DNA of 64,000 nucleotides from the human T2T-CHM13v2.0 reference genome, Homo sapiens, in NCBI RefSeq assembly GCF_009914755.1, contig NC_060941.1. The stretch is one strand, 5' to 3'. Positions 1 to 13,485 of the stretch are shown piece after piece. The notes below the pieces were generated by a model that saw nothing but the letters and a program-made list of their open reading frames with translations, had not been told where the DNA came from and did no database searches. Position 1 is the first letter of the stretch. Every line of letters starts with the position of its first letter. A program made the translations under genes and the position numbers.

Positions 1-1120
1 CTCTGTATGTCATTAATTTTATTCCCTGAACTTTCTCTAGACAATTAGTTTGAATTCTGTCAGGAAGTTTCTGTATCTTCATTTCTTTGGGGTCAGCTAT
101 CAGGAGATTATTGTGCTCTTTTGGTAGTATTATGTCTCCTTGATTTTTCATGTTTCTTGTTGCCTTATGTTGATGTCTCTGCATTTGAAGGACTGGGAAA
201 GCCCTTAATCAGTGAGAATCAGAGATTCTGGGCAGGCTGTTTGGTGTGGTCCAAAAGCCTAAATCAGAAGTGTCAAAGATTATATTTTTACCTGCTCACT
301 AACCTATTTATCTGATACATAGTGCACTTAGAGATACATATATAGCACCATCTTTAAGTATTTTCAGACTTTAATATTAAAATATTTTCATTTAATTATT
401 TTCAATTGTTAATTCTCATAGAGTCTAAGATAAGAAACTTTTTTATTTCCTCTAGGCAAAATTTATTCATAGTTGAGATTATATTGCTGCTGCGTGACAG
501 TCTCATAGAGTTGTTTTGAGGATCAAATATTATAACATTTGAAATACTTTAAAATGTGTTATTAAAATGTAAGATAAGATTCTGAAACATCAGATAAATT
601 TTGTAAATGAAGTCTCAGTTTGGGGCATTGTGTTAATAATTTTCTAAAGATGTTGTTTTATATATGAAGTTATTTTTTCCTCCACAAATACCAAGAATAT
701 TTAGGAGAGTAATTACTTAAGTTCTAATTTTATAAATAAAATCTCCCCTTTCCTCATAGTTCTGCCTTTTATAAGTAAGGAATTTCTATCTGTATTAGCT
801 TATTAATCTATTATCTTTGTCAATTGGGAAGGAGTGGGGAATGAGAACCATATACTTCATTAGGCTATCATTTTAGTTTTACTGTAACTTTAAATAGCTT
901 TGGATGGGAATATGTAAATATATTAAAGCAGCACATTACATTTGACCTAGTTAATAGTCCAATCTTTTGACTGTCAGTTCTTTAATTTTTTTGGTTTGTT
1001 TTATATGTTTAAGAAACTGATAATTTCTTGAATAGTTTTCATGAGGACTTAGTTGTTATTTTTGAAATGTATTGCAAATTATACAGGTAAATGAAATAAT
1101 TGTATATTTCTCTTATTTAG

Positions 1121-1615
1121 CAATTACAGAAGGATCACCTTTGAATGAAATTACTTCAGACAGAAAGTTATCAAGTATAGCAGGATGCTATCTAAAATAT
1201 AAGAAGAAAAATAGTTTGTCTTCCAAACTCCCTGAACCTTCAATATCCAAAAAGTTAAATAAAAAAAGCAACCAATATTATAGCAAAATTATGGAGAATG
1301 ATGACCTTGAATCTAAAAGACCAAAAAATACTTGGCAAATAAGAAAATTTCTGGGTGGGGTTGGCAGCAGTAATGTAGGAGTCCAAGAACCATATTCAAA
1401 GAATGGCATAAACTTTAAAAAACATTCAGAGAAGGGTGAAATTCATGACTCAAAGTCTAAACCACAAAGCTTGAAGAGTAGTACAAGCCTCAGTAAGTCT
1501 CTGGATAAAAGTGATATTTCTAGTATCCCAAAACTTCAGTAGCCAGCTGTAAGAAAGCATTCCAGTCTCCAAAAACAGGTTTCGTCTACGGAAAAAACTG
1601 CAATTAGTACTCTGG
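1121..1615 (+). CDS. EFCAB13: EFCAB13 coding exon (495 nt, phase 1-1) containing a premature in-frame TAG at 1540-1542
   Basis: Acceptor tcttatttag|CA and donor CTGG|gtaagt. Translates AITEGSPLNEITSDRK...SSIPKLQ*PAVRKHSSLQKQVSSTEKTAISTL. The frame stays open after the TAG and joins the next exon in phase. Confidence 0.9.
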
Positions 1616-1759
1616 GTAAGTAAAAATCTAGGTTCTTGAGTTCTTCAGTCATCACAGAAATGAACAGAATGAATCAATTATTAGATAGTTGTAAGCATTT
1701 CAATTGTTAACACCCTGGGTAACCACCACTTCTTTTTTTTTTAATTTTTAAATTATTTA

Positions 1760-1865
1760 TAGAGACAGGGTTACCCAGGCTGGTCTCAAACCCCTGGCCT
1801 CAAGCAATCCTCCTGCATTGGCCTCCCAAAGTGCTGGGATTATAGGCGTGAACCACCATGCCTAT
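1760..1865 (-). mobile_element. Alu monomer (FLAM-like)
   Basis: Left-arm Alu sequence ctcccaaagtgctgggattataggcgtga. Confidence 0.75.
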
Positions 1866-1943
1866 GCAAAAATTCTGGAAATGTACAGTAGTGATGGTGG
1901 TACAACTTTGTAAATGTGATTAATGCCACTGAATAGTATGTCT

Positions 1944-2245
1944 ATTTTTTATTTTTTGAGTCAGAATCTCACTCTGTCAACCAGGCTGGAGTGTAGTGGC
2001 GTGATCCTAGCTCACTGCAGCCTCGACCTTTTGTGTTCAAGTGATCCTCCCACCTCCTCAGCCTCTCATGTAGCTGGGAGCATAGGAACATGCCACCACA
2101 CCCAGCTAACTTTTTTTTTTTTTCATAGAGACGGGGGTCCCATAATGTTCCCAAGGCTGGTCTTGAACTCCTGGCCCCAAGTAGTGCTCCCGTCTTGGCC
2201 TCCCAAGGATCTGCGATTACAGGCATGAGCCACCACGTCCGGCCT
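1944..2245 (-). mobile_element. AluJ
   Basis: Diverged dimeric Alu. Confidence 0.85.
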
Positions 2246-3809
2246 GCCACTTCTGACACATAGACTAATGGATATAATATTGTGATTTTGATGATAATTC
2301 CTTTCCAGATGCCCTCTTTAGGGAGGAGCTTAACTTTTCCTGAGAAACTTATTCAGTGATTAATTGCAATCATTAATATTTCCTAGAAAGTAGAAGGCCT
2401 GGTTTCTTTTGGAAACGTTTATTTTGTAATTTATTAAACATTTAAACAAGTAGGAAATCTGTGTGAAATTTTTGCTTAGAGTGCTGTAATTTAAATATAT
2501 AATATTCATAGTACTTCAGGTATTATCTCTTATGGAAGGAGAATATCAGGAAAAAATAATACTATATATCTAGGGCTCCAAGTCTTTATGATTTTTCTCA
2601 AAGATGAGCAATGGTTTCCCAACCAATATATTTTCTCTCCTTGTATTACTTTCATCATAGAAGCAGTGTGTGTGGAACCCAGTTAAAGATTTCTTCCTGT
2701 AGTCCTCTGCTGAAGTTACTTAAGTCATATTTATTCTCTTTTAAAAACTTACTGTCATATCACATTTAGTATTTAATGTAATAGATAAAATGATTGTTTA
2801 GTGAAAATTTTGTGATTCATACATTAGTGCATAATTCAAATAACTCAATGGAAAAAAGGAATGTGATCTATTAAGGAGGCACAGTGATTATCATCCTGAT
2901 TCTGATTCCTTTACCAATGCACTGCTGCTACTTTGTGCCTCATTTGAATTTCTGAGAGTTATTTTTATTTCAAAAGAATTAAAACCTTGGTTAAAGGAAT
3001 AATGAAACAGCAGACAGACATGGGTAGAAGAGGCTGTCAGAAGAAAGTGATATCTACCTTTCTCGTGTCACTAAAATAAAATGATGTCATCTACCACAGC
3101 CATACTTAATGTTCTGAATATAGAGAAGTATGAAATAGTTTATCTGGCATAACTTCCCAAAACAAATTAATGGTAATTGGACTTTTATGGAATATGACTG
3201 CCTGTATGATTTACATTAAAAAATTCTAACTTTTCATTTTTAAATAATTTCACATTCTTAAGAGTCACAAAAATAGTACAAACATTTCCATTAGGACATG
3301 ATCTAAACCAGGAGATTAACACTGATGCAATACTGTTACTGATCTACAGACCTTATTCAAATTTGTCAGTTGTTCCATGAATGTTCTTTTTCAATTCCAG
3401 GATCTAATCCAGAATCACCCATTACATTTAGTTGTCACTTTTCTTTAGTCCCCTTCAGTCTGGGATGCTTCCTCAATTTTTCATGACCTTGACACTTTGA
3501 AGACTATTGACTAGTTGTCTTGTATAATACTCTTCATTTTGGATTTTTCTTTTATTCCTTCACAAATAAATTCAGGTTATGCATTTTTGGTCAGATTACC
3601 TCAGAAGTGATATTGTACCCATCTCAGTGCATCAGTAAGAAGCACATGACGTCTATGTGTATTTGCTTCTAAGATTTTATTTTTTGAAGGTTATGAACTG
3701 AAAACATGGTAGAGTAAATTAATGGGAGGGTGAAGAACTCTACATTTTTGCTTGGAATTCTTCAATTTAAACAAAACACTTCGGTATTTTTATTTCTTGG
3801 ACTCATTAA

Positions 3810-4114
<305 letters not shown>

Positions 4115-4414
4115 TAATTTTATTTTAATCAGAAGCAAGCAGCATTGGCTGGGCCACTGGAACAGACTGTTCCCCCAAACAAGTAGATTATAAATGTTTA
4201 TAGAATGTTAGGACGGTTCTGTGTTTGAGCTGTAAGAGAAAGATTAAATATAATGTAATATAAACAGATATGGAGAGAAAAGCAGTCTTATAAAATCTAT
4301 AAGGTAATATAAAATAGATAAAACTTGTTCTCTAATTTCTAAAGATTTTGAGTATTATTGCTTTTGACACATAAATTCTGTTGCCTAATAGTTCTCTACA
4401 TTTTGTGTATTTAG

Positions 4415-4552
4415 AAAACTTCTGTGAAGCTATCAGTAAACTTCAAGAAAATTACATTGCAGCAGAAGAACTTCAGTCTATTTTGCCTTCAACAGGAATT
4501 AATTTATTAGATGAAGAATTCCAGAAGATTGTGACAGACACTAGTAGAAATG
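4415..4552 (+). CDS. EFCAB13: EFCAB13 coding exon (138 nt) ENFCEAISKLQ...VTDTSRN
   Basis: tgtatttag|AA acceptor, AATG|gtgaga donor, EF-hand-like helix, phase 1-1. Confidence 0.9.
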
Positions 4553-5830
4553 GTGAGAGACTGATAACACTGAAGTTTCTGAGAAAGTTAGATATTTTTA
4601 TCGGATAGTATTAAATATTGGAGGAATTCCTCTCAATTAGAAATTAGGAATGGGACAGAATGGGTCATTCTAAAGAAAATTCAGATATAAAAATGGAAAA
4701 TAGTAAAAAAAAATTCCTTTAAGTTCTGACCAAATGGATTGGTTTGGAGCCTTTCATATTTCCAGATCATTTCAGTAAAGCTCTTCATCACTATCCCTAT
4801 CTGTGCCTATTAATAGTAGGGTAGTGCTGGGGAGACTGATCCAGTTGTAGCGAGGTTCAGATGGTAAGACCACAATATCTAAGGGGTATGGATATATCTG
4901 CACAAATAGCCCAAGGATCCAAAGATTAATAATTGGAGATTACAAAATACGGGGGAATTTAGAGCCAGGTATGCTTAGCAGTTAACATTTAGATGTTGAG
5001 TGGCATATCCCAGTCACTAGCCTAAGTTAAAGGCAGAGTTTAAGTTTCTAGGAAGGGTTTTTATACTAGGGAAGTTATTTTTATCAGTAACTAAGCATTT
5101 TCCACAACAGAAGTTCAATTGAGGAGAGGAAAGAGGTGACATTTTGGGGAAAGACTGATTGGAGAATAACATTAGAAGTGAATCCTCAGAATCTGGGCAC
5201 AATTTTTTAGCTAAGGCAAATCTGAAAGAAGATTCAATTAAAAATTATATAAAGAGTGGGTGGCACTAAAATTATTGAGCCCTTTTTGCTGCTTATCAGG
5301 ATTGACATGATCACTCTGAGGGTTTATATCTAAAAATAGGTAAAACATTGGACCACATGGATACTAGGGAGATAGGGATGGGGATCCTTGGTTTTATCAG
5401 GGCTGGTTAGTATTGTTAAGGTGTCTTAATGGATAGTATATTGAGTGGGTTTTCAAGATGGTATGAAATAGACTCCTTAACTCTCTCATGGTCTATCTAT
5501 ATGGACATCTTTCTTTTTTCCTAGATCTGTTAAGAAATTAGTATCTAACTCAGTCCTTTGCATGTAATAGATATTGAGAAAGCAAGGACTGTGTCTTTCT
5601 TATTTTTGTATTCTCGGTGCCTAGCATGGTTCTTGGCACTAATATGCTCTCAATAATTGTTCAAATGAACTGACTTAATCTAGAAAGAATTATGAGACAT
5701 GATATGAAGGAGAAATAGGATGATGAAATGAAGGATCAAGTAAATTTTAAAAATAGTTGTGTTAAAATGTAAATTTGCCTTTATGCAAAAATACACCAGA
5801 ATGTATAATCTAAACTCTTTTTAAAAACAG

Positions 5831-5902
5831 AGAATGGAATGGTGGAGTTAGATGACTTTGTAAATGCTCTCGCCAAGGAGCGAAGTTTTCCTGAATGCAA
5901 TG
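5831..5902 (+). CDS. EFCAB13: EFCAB13 coding exon (72 nt) ENGMVELDDFVNALAKERSFPECN
   Basis: aaaacag|AG acceptor, AATG|gtaggt donor. NGMVELDDF resembles an EF-hand loop end. Confidence 0.9.
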
Positions 5903-7530
5903 GTAGGTAGGAAATTTGTTTTAAAATGATTTAGAGGGAAGAGCAGTGTGTTGAGAAGAATTAGGTTCAACAGAACTGGGCTTGCTTTTGGATGGATACT
6001 TAATAGTCCTGTGACTCTTAGGCAAGTCAGTTGCCAGTTTTTAAAAACTTGCTATATCAGAGTAATAATAGCTAACTTGTTTACCTCACAGAGTTGTCAC
6101 GTGAATTTTGCAAACTGAAAAGTGAGCCATAAATGTATGGTAATAATGATAATGCGGAGATCAAATAGGTAATTAGCAACATTGATTAGGAATTGATGGG
6201 TGATATGGTTTTTTTTTTTTTTCCCATGGACTTGTTTGAATGAAATACTGGTTTGGTTCACCTTTGATTTAGAACTTTTAAAAACAGCTTTATCAAGGTA
6301 TAATTTATGTATATAAAATTCACTCATCCACTGATTTTTATTAAATTTATTGAGTTGTAGAACTATTACCACAATACGCTTTTTTTGCTTGCAATATTTT
6401 TATACAAATGATTAAATATTTTTTTAGCAAGATTAAAATGAGAAACGAAAGATATTAAGGCTTGCTGTTTTTATTTTGTTCTGTTTATACATATGCTAAA
6501 AACGAAAGATAAGCTTTTTGTCTCTTTCCAAAAAATTCCCCAGATAAGGAAAGATTAGTCCAAAGCAAGATTGCCTTTTATACTTAAATGAAGAGACTTA
6601 TGTTAAAAGCTACATTATCATTTGTCATTTCTGATGGATGTAAGTGGTGAAGTGTCTGGATTTATTGAAGACAATATTAGCAAGTCGATTTCTTTTAAAA
6701 AGTGTTCCTTTATGTTCAGTTTGTAAGCAAATAGACTATTTTATTATACTTTAAGTTCTGGGATACATGTGCAGAACGTGCAGGTTTGTTACATAGGTAT
6801 ACACATGCTATGGTGGTTTGCTGCACCCTTCAACCCATCATCTACATTAGGTATTTCTCCTAATGCTATCCCCCTACTAGCCCCCTACCCCCTGACAGGC
6901 CCCAGTGTGTGATGTTCCCCTCCCTGTGTCCATGTGTTCTCATTGTTCAACTCCCACTTATGAGTGAGAACATGTGGTGTTTGGTTTTCTGTTCCTGTGT
7001 TAGTTTGCTGAGGATGATGGTTTCCAGCTTCATCCATGTCCCTGCAAAGGACAGGAACTCATTCTTTGTTATGGCTGCATAGTAGTCCATGGTGTATATG
7101 TGCCACATTTTCTTTATCCAGTCTATCATTGATGGGCATTTGGGTTGGTTCCAAGTCTTTGCTATTGTGAACAGCACTGCAATAAACATACATGTGCATG
7201 TGTCTTTATAGTAGAATGATTTATAATCCTTTGGGTATATACCCAGTAATGGGATTGTTGGGTCAAATGGTATTTCTGGTTCTAAATCCTTGAGGAATCG
7301 CCACACTTCTTCCACAATGGTTGAATTAATTTACATTCCCACCAACAGTGTAAAAGCGTTCCTATTTCTCCACATCCTCTTCAGCATCTGTTGTTTCCTG
7401 ACTTTTTAATGATCGCCATTCTAACTGGCATGAGATGGTATCTCATTGTGGTTTTGATTTGCATTTCTCTAATGACCAGTGATGATGAGCTTTCTTTTCA
7501 TCTTTGTTGGCCGCATAAATTGCTTCTTCT

Positions 7531-7795
7531 TTTTTTTTTTTTTTTTTTTGAGACAAAGTCTCACTCTGTCACCTAGGCTGGAGTGCAGTGGCACGGTCTT
7601 GGCTCACTGCAACCTTTGCCTCCTGGGTTCAAGTGATTTTCCTGCCTCAGCCTCTTGAGTAGCTGGGACTACAGGTACGTACCACCATGCCTGGCTAATT
7701 TTTTGTATTTTTAGTAGAGACAGGTTTTCACCATGTTTGCCAGGATGGTCTTGATCTCCTGACCTTGTGATCTGCCCACATCAGCCTCCCAAAGT
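7531..7795 (-). mobile_element. 5'-truncated AluS/Sc nested in L1
   Basis: Poly(T) plus Alu body. Imperfect TSD taaat(t)g(c)tcttctttt on both sides. Confidence 0.88.
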
Positions 7796-10700
7796 TAAAT
7801 GTCTTCTTTTGAGAAGCGTCTGTTCATATCCTTCACCCACTTTTTGATGGGTTTTTTTTTCTTGTAAATTTGTTTAAGTGCTTTGTAGATTCTGAATATC
7901 AGCCCTTTGTCAGGTGGATAGGTTGCAAAAATTTTCTCCCATTCTGTAGGTTTCCTGTTCACTCTGATGATAGTTTCTTTTGCGTGCAGAAGTTCTTTAG
8001 TTTAATTAGATCCCATTTGTCAATTTTGGCTTTTGTTGCCATTGCTTTTGGTGTTTTAGTCATAAAGTCTTTGCCCATGCCTATGTCCTGAATGGTATTG
8101 CCTAGGTTTTCTTCTAGGGTTTTTATGGTTTTAGATCTTACATTTAAGTATTTAATCCATCTTGAGTTATATTTTCTATTAGGTGTAAGGAAGGGTTCCA
8201 ATTTCAGTTTTCTGCATATGGGTAGCCAGTTTTCCCAACACCATTTATTAAATAGGGAATCATTTCCCCATTGCTTGTTTCTGTCAGGTTTGCCAGAGAT
8301 CAGATGGTTGTAGCTGTGTGGTGCTATTTGAGACCTCTGTTCTGTTCCATGGGTCTATATATCTGTTCTGGTACCAGTACCATGCTGTTTGCTGTTTTGA
8401 TTACTGTAGCCTTTTAGTATAGTTTTAAGTCAGGTAGCGTGATACCTCTAGCTTTCTTCTTTTTGCTTAGGATTGTCTTGGCTATACAGGCTCTTTTTTG
8501 GTTCCATATGAAATTTAAAGTAGTTTTTTAATTCTGTGAAGAAAGTCAATGGTAGCTTGATGGGGATAGCACTGAATCTATAAATTACTTTGGGCAAGAT
8601 GGCCATTTTCATGATATTGATCATTCCTATCCATGAACATGGAATTTTTTTACATTTGTTTGTGTCCTCTCTTATTTTCTTGAGCAGTGGTTTGCAGTTC
8701 TCCTTGAAGAGGTCCTTCACATCCCTTGTAAGTTGTATTCCTAGGTATTTTATTCTCTTTGTAGCAACTGTAAATGGGAGTTCACTCATGATTTGGCTCT
8801 CTGCCTGCCCGTTTTCGATGTATAGGAATGCTTGTGATTTTTGCACATTGATTTTGTATCCTGAGACCTTGCTGAAGTTGTTTATCAGCTTAAGGAGATT
8901 TTGGGCTGAGACGATGGGGTTTTCTAGATATACAATCATGTCATCTGCAAACAGAGGCAATTGGACTTCCTCTCTTCCTATGTGAATACGCTTTATTTCT
9001 TTCTCTTGCCTGATTGCTGTGGGGAGAACTTCCAATACTATGTTGAATAGGAGTGGTGAGAGAGGGCATCCTTGTCTTGTGCCGGTTGTCAAAAGGAATC
9101 CTTCCAGCTTTTGTCCATTCAGTATGATATTGGCTATGGGTTTGTCATAAATAGCTCTTATTATTTTGATATGTGTTCCATCAATACCTAGTTTATTGAG
9201 AGTTTTTAGCATGAAGGGGTGCTTAATTTTATTGAAGGCTTTTTCTGCATCTATTGAGATAATCATGTGGTTTTTGTCATTGGTTCTGTTTATGTGATGA
9301 TAAGCTTTTTGATGTGTGGCTGGATTCAATTTGCCAGTATTTTATTGAGATTTTCACATCAATGTTCATAAGAAATATTGGCCCCAAATTTTCTTTTTTT
9401 GTTGTGTTTCTGCCTGGTTTTGGTATCAGGGTGATGCTGGCCTCATAAAATGAGTTAGAGCGGAGTCCCCCTTTTTCTGTTGTTTGGAATAGTTTCAGAA
9501 GGAATGCTACCAGCCCCTCCTTGTACCTCTGGTAGAATTTAACTCTGAATCCATCTGGTCCTGGGCTTTTTTTGGTTGGTAGGTTATTAATTACTGTCTC
9601 AATTTCAGAACCTGTTATTGGTCTATTCAGGGATTCGACTTCTTCCTGGTTTAGCCTTGGGAGGGTGTATGTGTCCAGGAATTTATCCATTTCTTCTAGA
9701 TTTTCTAGTTTATTTGTGTAGAGGTGCTTATAGTATTCTCTGATGGTAGTTTGTATTTCTATGGGGTCAGTGCTGATATCCCCTTTATCATTTTTTATTG
9801 TGTCTATTTGATTCTTTTCTCTTTTCTTCTTTATTAGTCTTGCTAGCAGTCTATTTTGTTAATCATTTCAAAAAACCAGCTTCCAGATTCATTGATTTTT
9901 TGAAGTACTCTTCATGTCTCTATCTCTTTCTGTTTTTCTCTGATCTTAGTTATTTCTTGTTTTCTGATAGCATTTGAATTTGTTTGCTCTTGCTTCTCTA
10001 GTTCTTTTAATTGTGATGTTAGGGTGTCGATTTTAGATCTTTCCTGCCTTCTCCTGTGGGCATTTAGTGCTATAAATTTCCCTCTAAACACTGCTTTAGC
10101 TGCATCCCAGAGATTCTGGTACATTGTGTCTTTGTTCTCATTGGTTTCAAGTAACTTATTTATTTCTGCCTTCATTTCATTATTTACCCAGTAGTCATTC
10201 AGGAGCAGGTTGTTCAGTTTCCATGTAGCTGTTTGGTTTTGAGTGAGTTTCTTAATCCTGAGTTCTAATTTGATTGCACTGTGGTCTGAGAGACTGTTGT
10301 GATTTCCATTCTTTTGCATTTGCTGAGGAGTATTTTGCTTCCAATTATGTGGTCAATTTTAGAATAAGTGCGATGTAGTGCTGAGAAGAGTGCATATTCT
10401 GTTGATTGGGGGTGGTCAATTTTAGAATAAGTGCGATGAAGTGCTGAGAAGAATGTATATTGTTGGTTGGGGGTGGAGAGTTCTGTAGGTGTCTATTAGG
10501 TCTGCTTAATCTAGAGCTGAGTTCAAGTCCTGAAAATCCTTATTAATTTTTTGTTTCCTTGAGCTGTCGACTATTGATAGTGGGGTGTGAAATTCTCTCA
10601 CTTTCATTGTGTGGGAGTCTAAGTATCTTTGTACGTCTCAAAGAACTTGTTTTATGAATCGGGGTGCTCCTGCATTGGGTGCATATATATTTAGGATAGT

Positions 10701-11421
10701 TAGCTCTTCTTGTTGCATTAATCCCTTCTTTGTCTTTTTTGATCTTTGTTGGTTTAAGGGCTGTTTTATCACAGACTAGGATTGCAACCCCCAGTTTTTT
10801 TTTTTTGTTTTTTTTTTTTTGCTTTCCATTTGCTTGGTGAATAGTTCCCCATCCCTTTATTTTGAGCCTATGTGTGTCTTTGCATGTGAGATGGGTCTCC
10901 TGAATACATTTAATTTGCCAGTCTGTGTCTTTTAATTGGGGCATTTAGCCCCTTCACATTTAAGGTTAATATTGTTCTATGTTAATTTCATCCTGTCATC
11001 ATGATGCTAGCTGGTTATTTTGAACATTAGTTGATGCAGTTTCTTCATAGTGTGATTGGTCTTTATATACGACTGTTTTTTTTTTTTGCAGTGGCTGGTA
11101 TTAAGAAAGTTTTTCTTATATTAAGAAAGTTTTTCCCTTCTTAATATTTAGTGCTTCCTTCAGGAGCTCTTGCAAGGCAGGCCTGGTGTTGACAAAATCC
11201 CTCAGCGTTTGCTTGTATGTAAGGATTTTATTTCTCCTTCACTTATAAAACTTAGTTTGGCTGGATATGAAATTCCAGTTAGAAAATTCTTTTCTTTAAG
11301 AATGTTGAATATTGGCCCCCACTCTCTTTTGGCTTGTAGGTTTTCTGCAGAGAGATCTGCTGTTAGTCTGATGGGCTTCCCTTTGTAGGTAACCTGACCT
11401 CTCTCTCTGGCTGCCCTTAAC

Positions 11422-11719
11422 TTTTTTTTTTTTTATTGAGAAGGAGTCTCGCTCTGTTGCCCAGGCTGGAGTGCAGTGGCACATCTCCGCTCACTGCAAG
11501 CTCCGCCTCCTGGGTTCACGCCATTCTCCTGCCTCAGCCTCCCACGTAGCTGGGACTACAGGCGCCCACCACCACGCCTGGCCAATTTTTTGTATTTTTT
11601 TAGTAGAGATGGGGTTTCACCGTGTTAGCCAGGATGGTCTCGATCTCCTGACCTTGTGATCCGCCCGCCTCGGGCTCCCAAAGTGCTGGAATTACAGGCG
11701 TGAGCCACCACGCTCAGCC
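11422..11719 (-). mobile_element. AluY nested in L1 ORF1
   Basis: gcaagctccgcctcc and ttcacgccattctcc AluY diagnostics. Short aactttt TSD. Confidence 0.9.
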
Positions 11720-13113
11720 AACTTTTATTCCTCCATTTCAACCGTGGAGAGTCTGATGATTTTGTGCCTTAGGGTTGCTCTTCTCAAGGAGTATCTTAGT
11801 GGTATTCTCTGTATTTCCTGAATTTGAATGTTGCCCTGTCTTGCTAGATTGGGGAAGTTCTCCCAGATAATATCCTGAAGTGTGTTTTCCAATTTGGTTC
11901 CATTCTCCCCTGTCACTTTCAGGGACCCTAATCAATCGTAGGTTTGGTCTTTTCACATAGTCCCATATTTCTTGGAGGCTTCGTTCATTCCTTTTCAATC
12001 TTTTGTCTCTAATCCTGTCTTCATGTCTTATTTCAGTAAGTTGAACTTCAATCTCTGATATCCTTTCTTCTGCTTGATTGATTCAGCTATTGATACTTGT
12101 GTATGCTTCATGAAGTTCTTGTGCCGTGTTTTTCAGCCCCATCAGGTCATTTATGTTCTTCTCTAAATTGGTTGTTCTATTAGCAGTTCCTGTAACCTTT
12201 TGTCAGGGTTCTTAGCTTCTTTGCATTGGGTTAGAACATGCTCCTTTAGCTCAGAGGAGTTTGTTATTACCCACCTTCTGAAGCCTACGTCTGTCAAATC
12301 ATCAAACTCATTCTCTGTCTAGTTTTGTGCCCTTGCTAGAGAGGAGTTGCAATCATTTGGAGGAGAAGAGGCATTCTGGTTTTTGGAATTTTCAGCGTTT
12401 TTGTGCTGGTTTGTCCTCATCTTTATGGATTTACCTACCTTTGATCTTTGGATGGTGTTTCTGTATGGGGGTTCCTTATGTTGATGATGTTACTGCTTTC
12501 TGTTTGTTACTTTTTCTTCTAACAGTCATGCCCGTCTTCTGCAGGTCTGCTGCAGTTTGCTGGAGGTCCATTCCAGACCTTATGTGCCTGGGTATTACTA
12601 GTGTAGGCTGCAGAACAGCAAAGATTGCTGTTGCTCCTTCTTCTGGAAGCTTTGTCCCAGAGGGGCACCAGGCTGATGCCAGCCAGAGCTCTCCTGCATG
12701 AGGTGTCTGACAATCGCTGTTGGGAGGTCTCTCCCCATCAGGAGGTATGGAGGTCAGGGACCCAGTTGAGGAGGCAGTCTGTCCCTTAGCAGAGCTCAAG
12801 CGCTGTGCTGGGAGAGCCCTCCTTGTCAGGATCTGCTGCTCTCTTCAGAGTCAGCAGGCAGGAACGTTTAAAGTCCGCTGAAGTTGTGCCCACAGCCGCC
12901 CCTTCCCCCAGATACGCTGGTCCAGTGAGATGGGAGTTTTATCTATAACCCCTTGACTGGGGCTGGTGCCTTTCTTTCAGAGATGCCCTTCCCAGTGAAG
13001 AGGAATCTAGAGAGGCAGTCTGGCTGCAGCCACTTTGCCACACTGTGTTGAGCTCCACCCAGTCCGAACTTCCAGGCCTTTTTAGCGCTGTCAGGGGAAA
13101 ACAAGCCTCAGTA

Positions 13114-13485
13114 ATGGCAGATGCTCTTCCCCACACCAAGCTTGATCCTCCTAGTTTGACTTCAGACTGCTGTGCTGGTAGCGAGAATTTTAACCCAGTG
13201 GTTCTTAGCTTGCTGGGCTCCATGGGAGTGGGTCCCGCTGAGCGAGACCACTTGGCTCCCTGGCTTCAGCCCCTTTCCAGGGGAGTGAACAGCTCTGTCT
13301 CGCTGGGATTCCAGGTGCCTCTGGGGTACAAAAAAAAACTCCTGCAGCTAGCTTGGTGTCAGCCCAAACAGCCGCCCAGTTTTATGCTTGAAACCCAGGG
13401 CCCTGGTGGTGTAGGCACGCGAAGGAATCTCCTGGTCTGTGGATTGCAAAAACCGTGGGGAAAGCATAGTATCTGGCCCAGATAG
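13114..13485 (+). other. L1 ORF0-like antisense ORF (123 aa) in the L1 5'UTR
   Basis: gtaATGG Kozak context. MADALPHTKLDPPSLTSDCCAGSE...SMGVGP resembles the recalled L1 ORF0 N-terminus (MAGAPPPASLPPCSLISDCCAS...VGVGP). Confidence 0.6.

Noticed and set aside
1537-1542. CAGTAG acting as a new acceptor that bypasses the stop
   Set aside because: There is no upstream polypyrimidine tract, and the phase would not match the phase-1 upstream intron.
8448-9329. 293-aa reverse-transcriptase ORF
   Set aside because: Fragment of a frameshifted, internally deleted L1 ORF2. Not an active element or a novel RT system.
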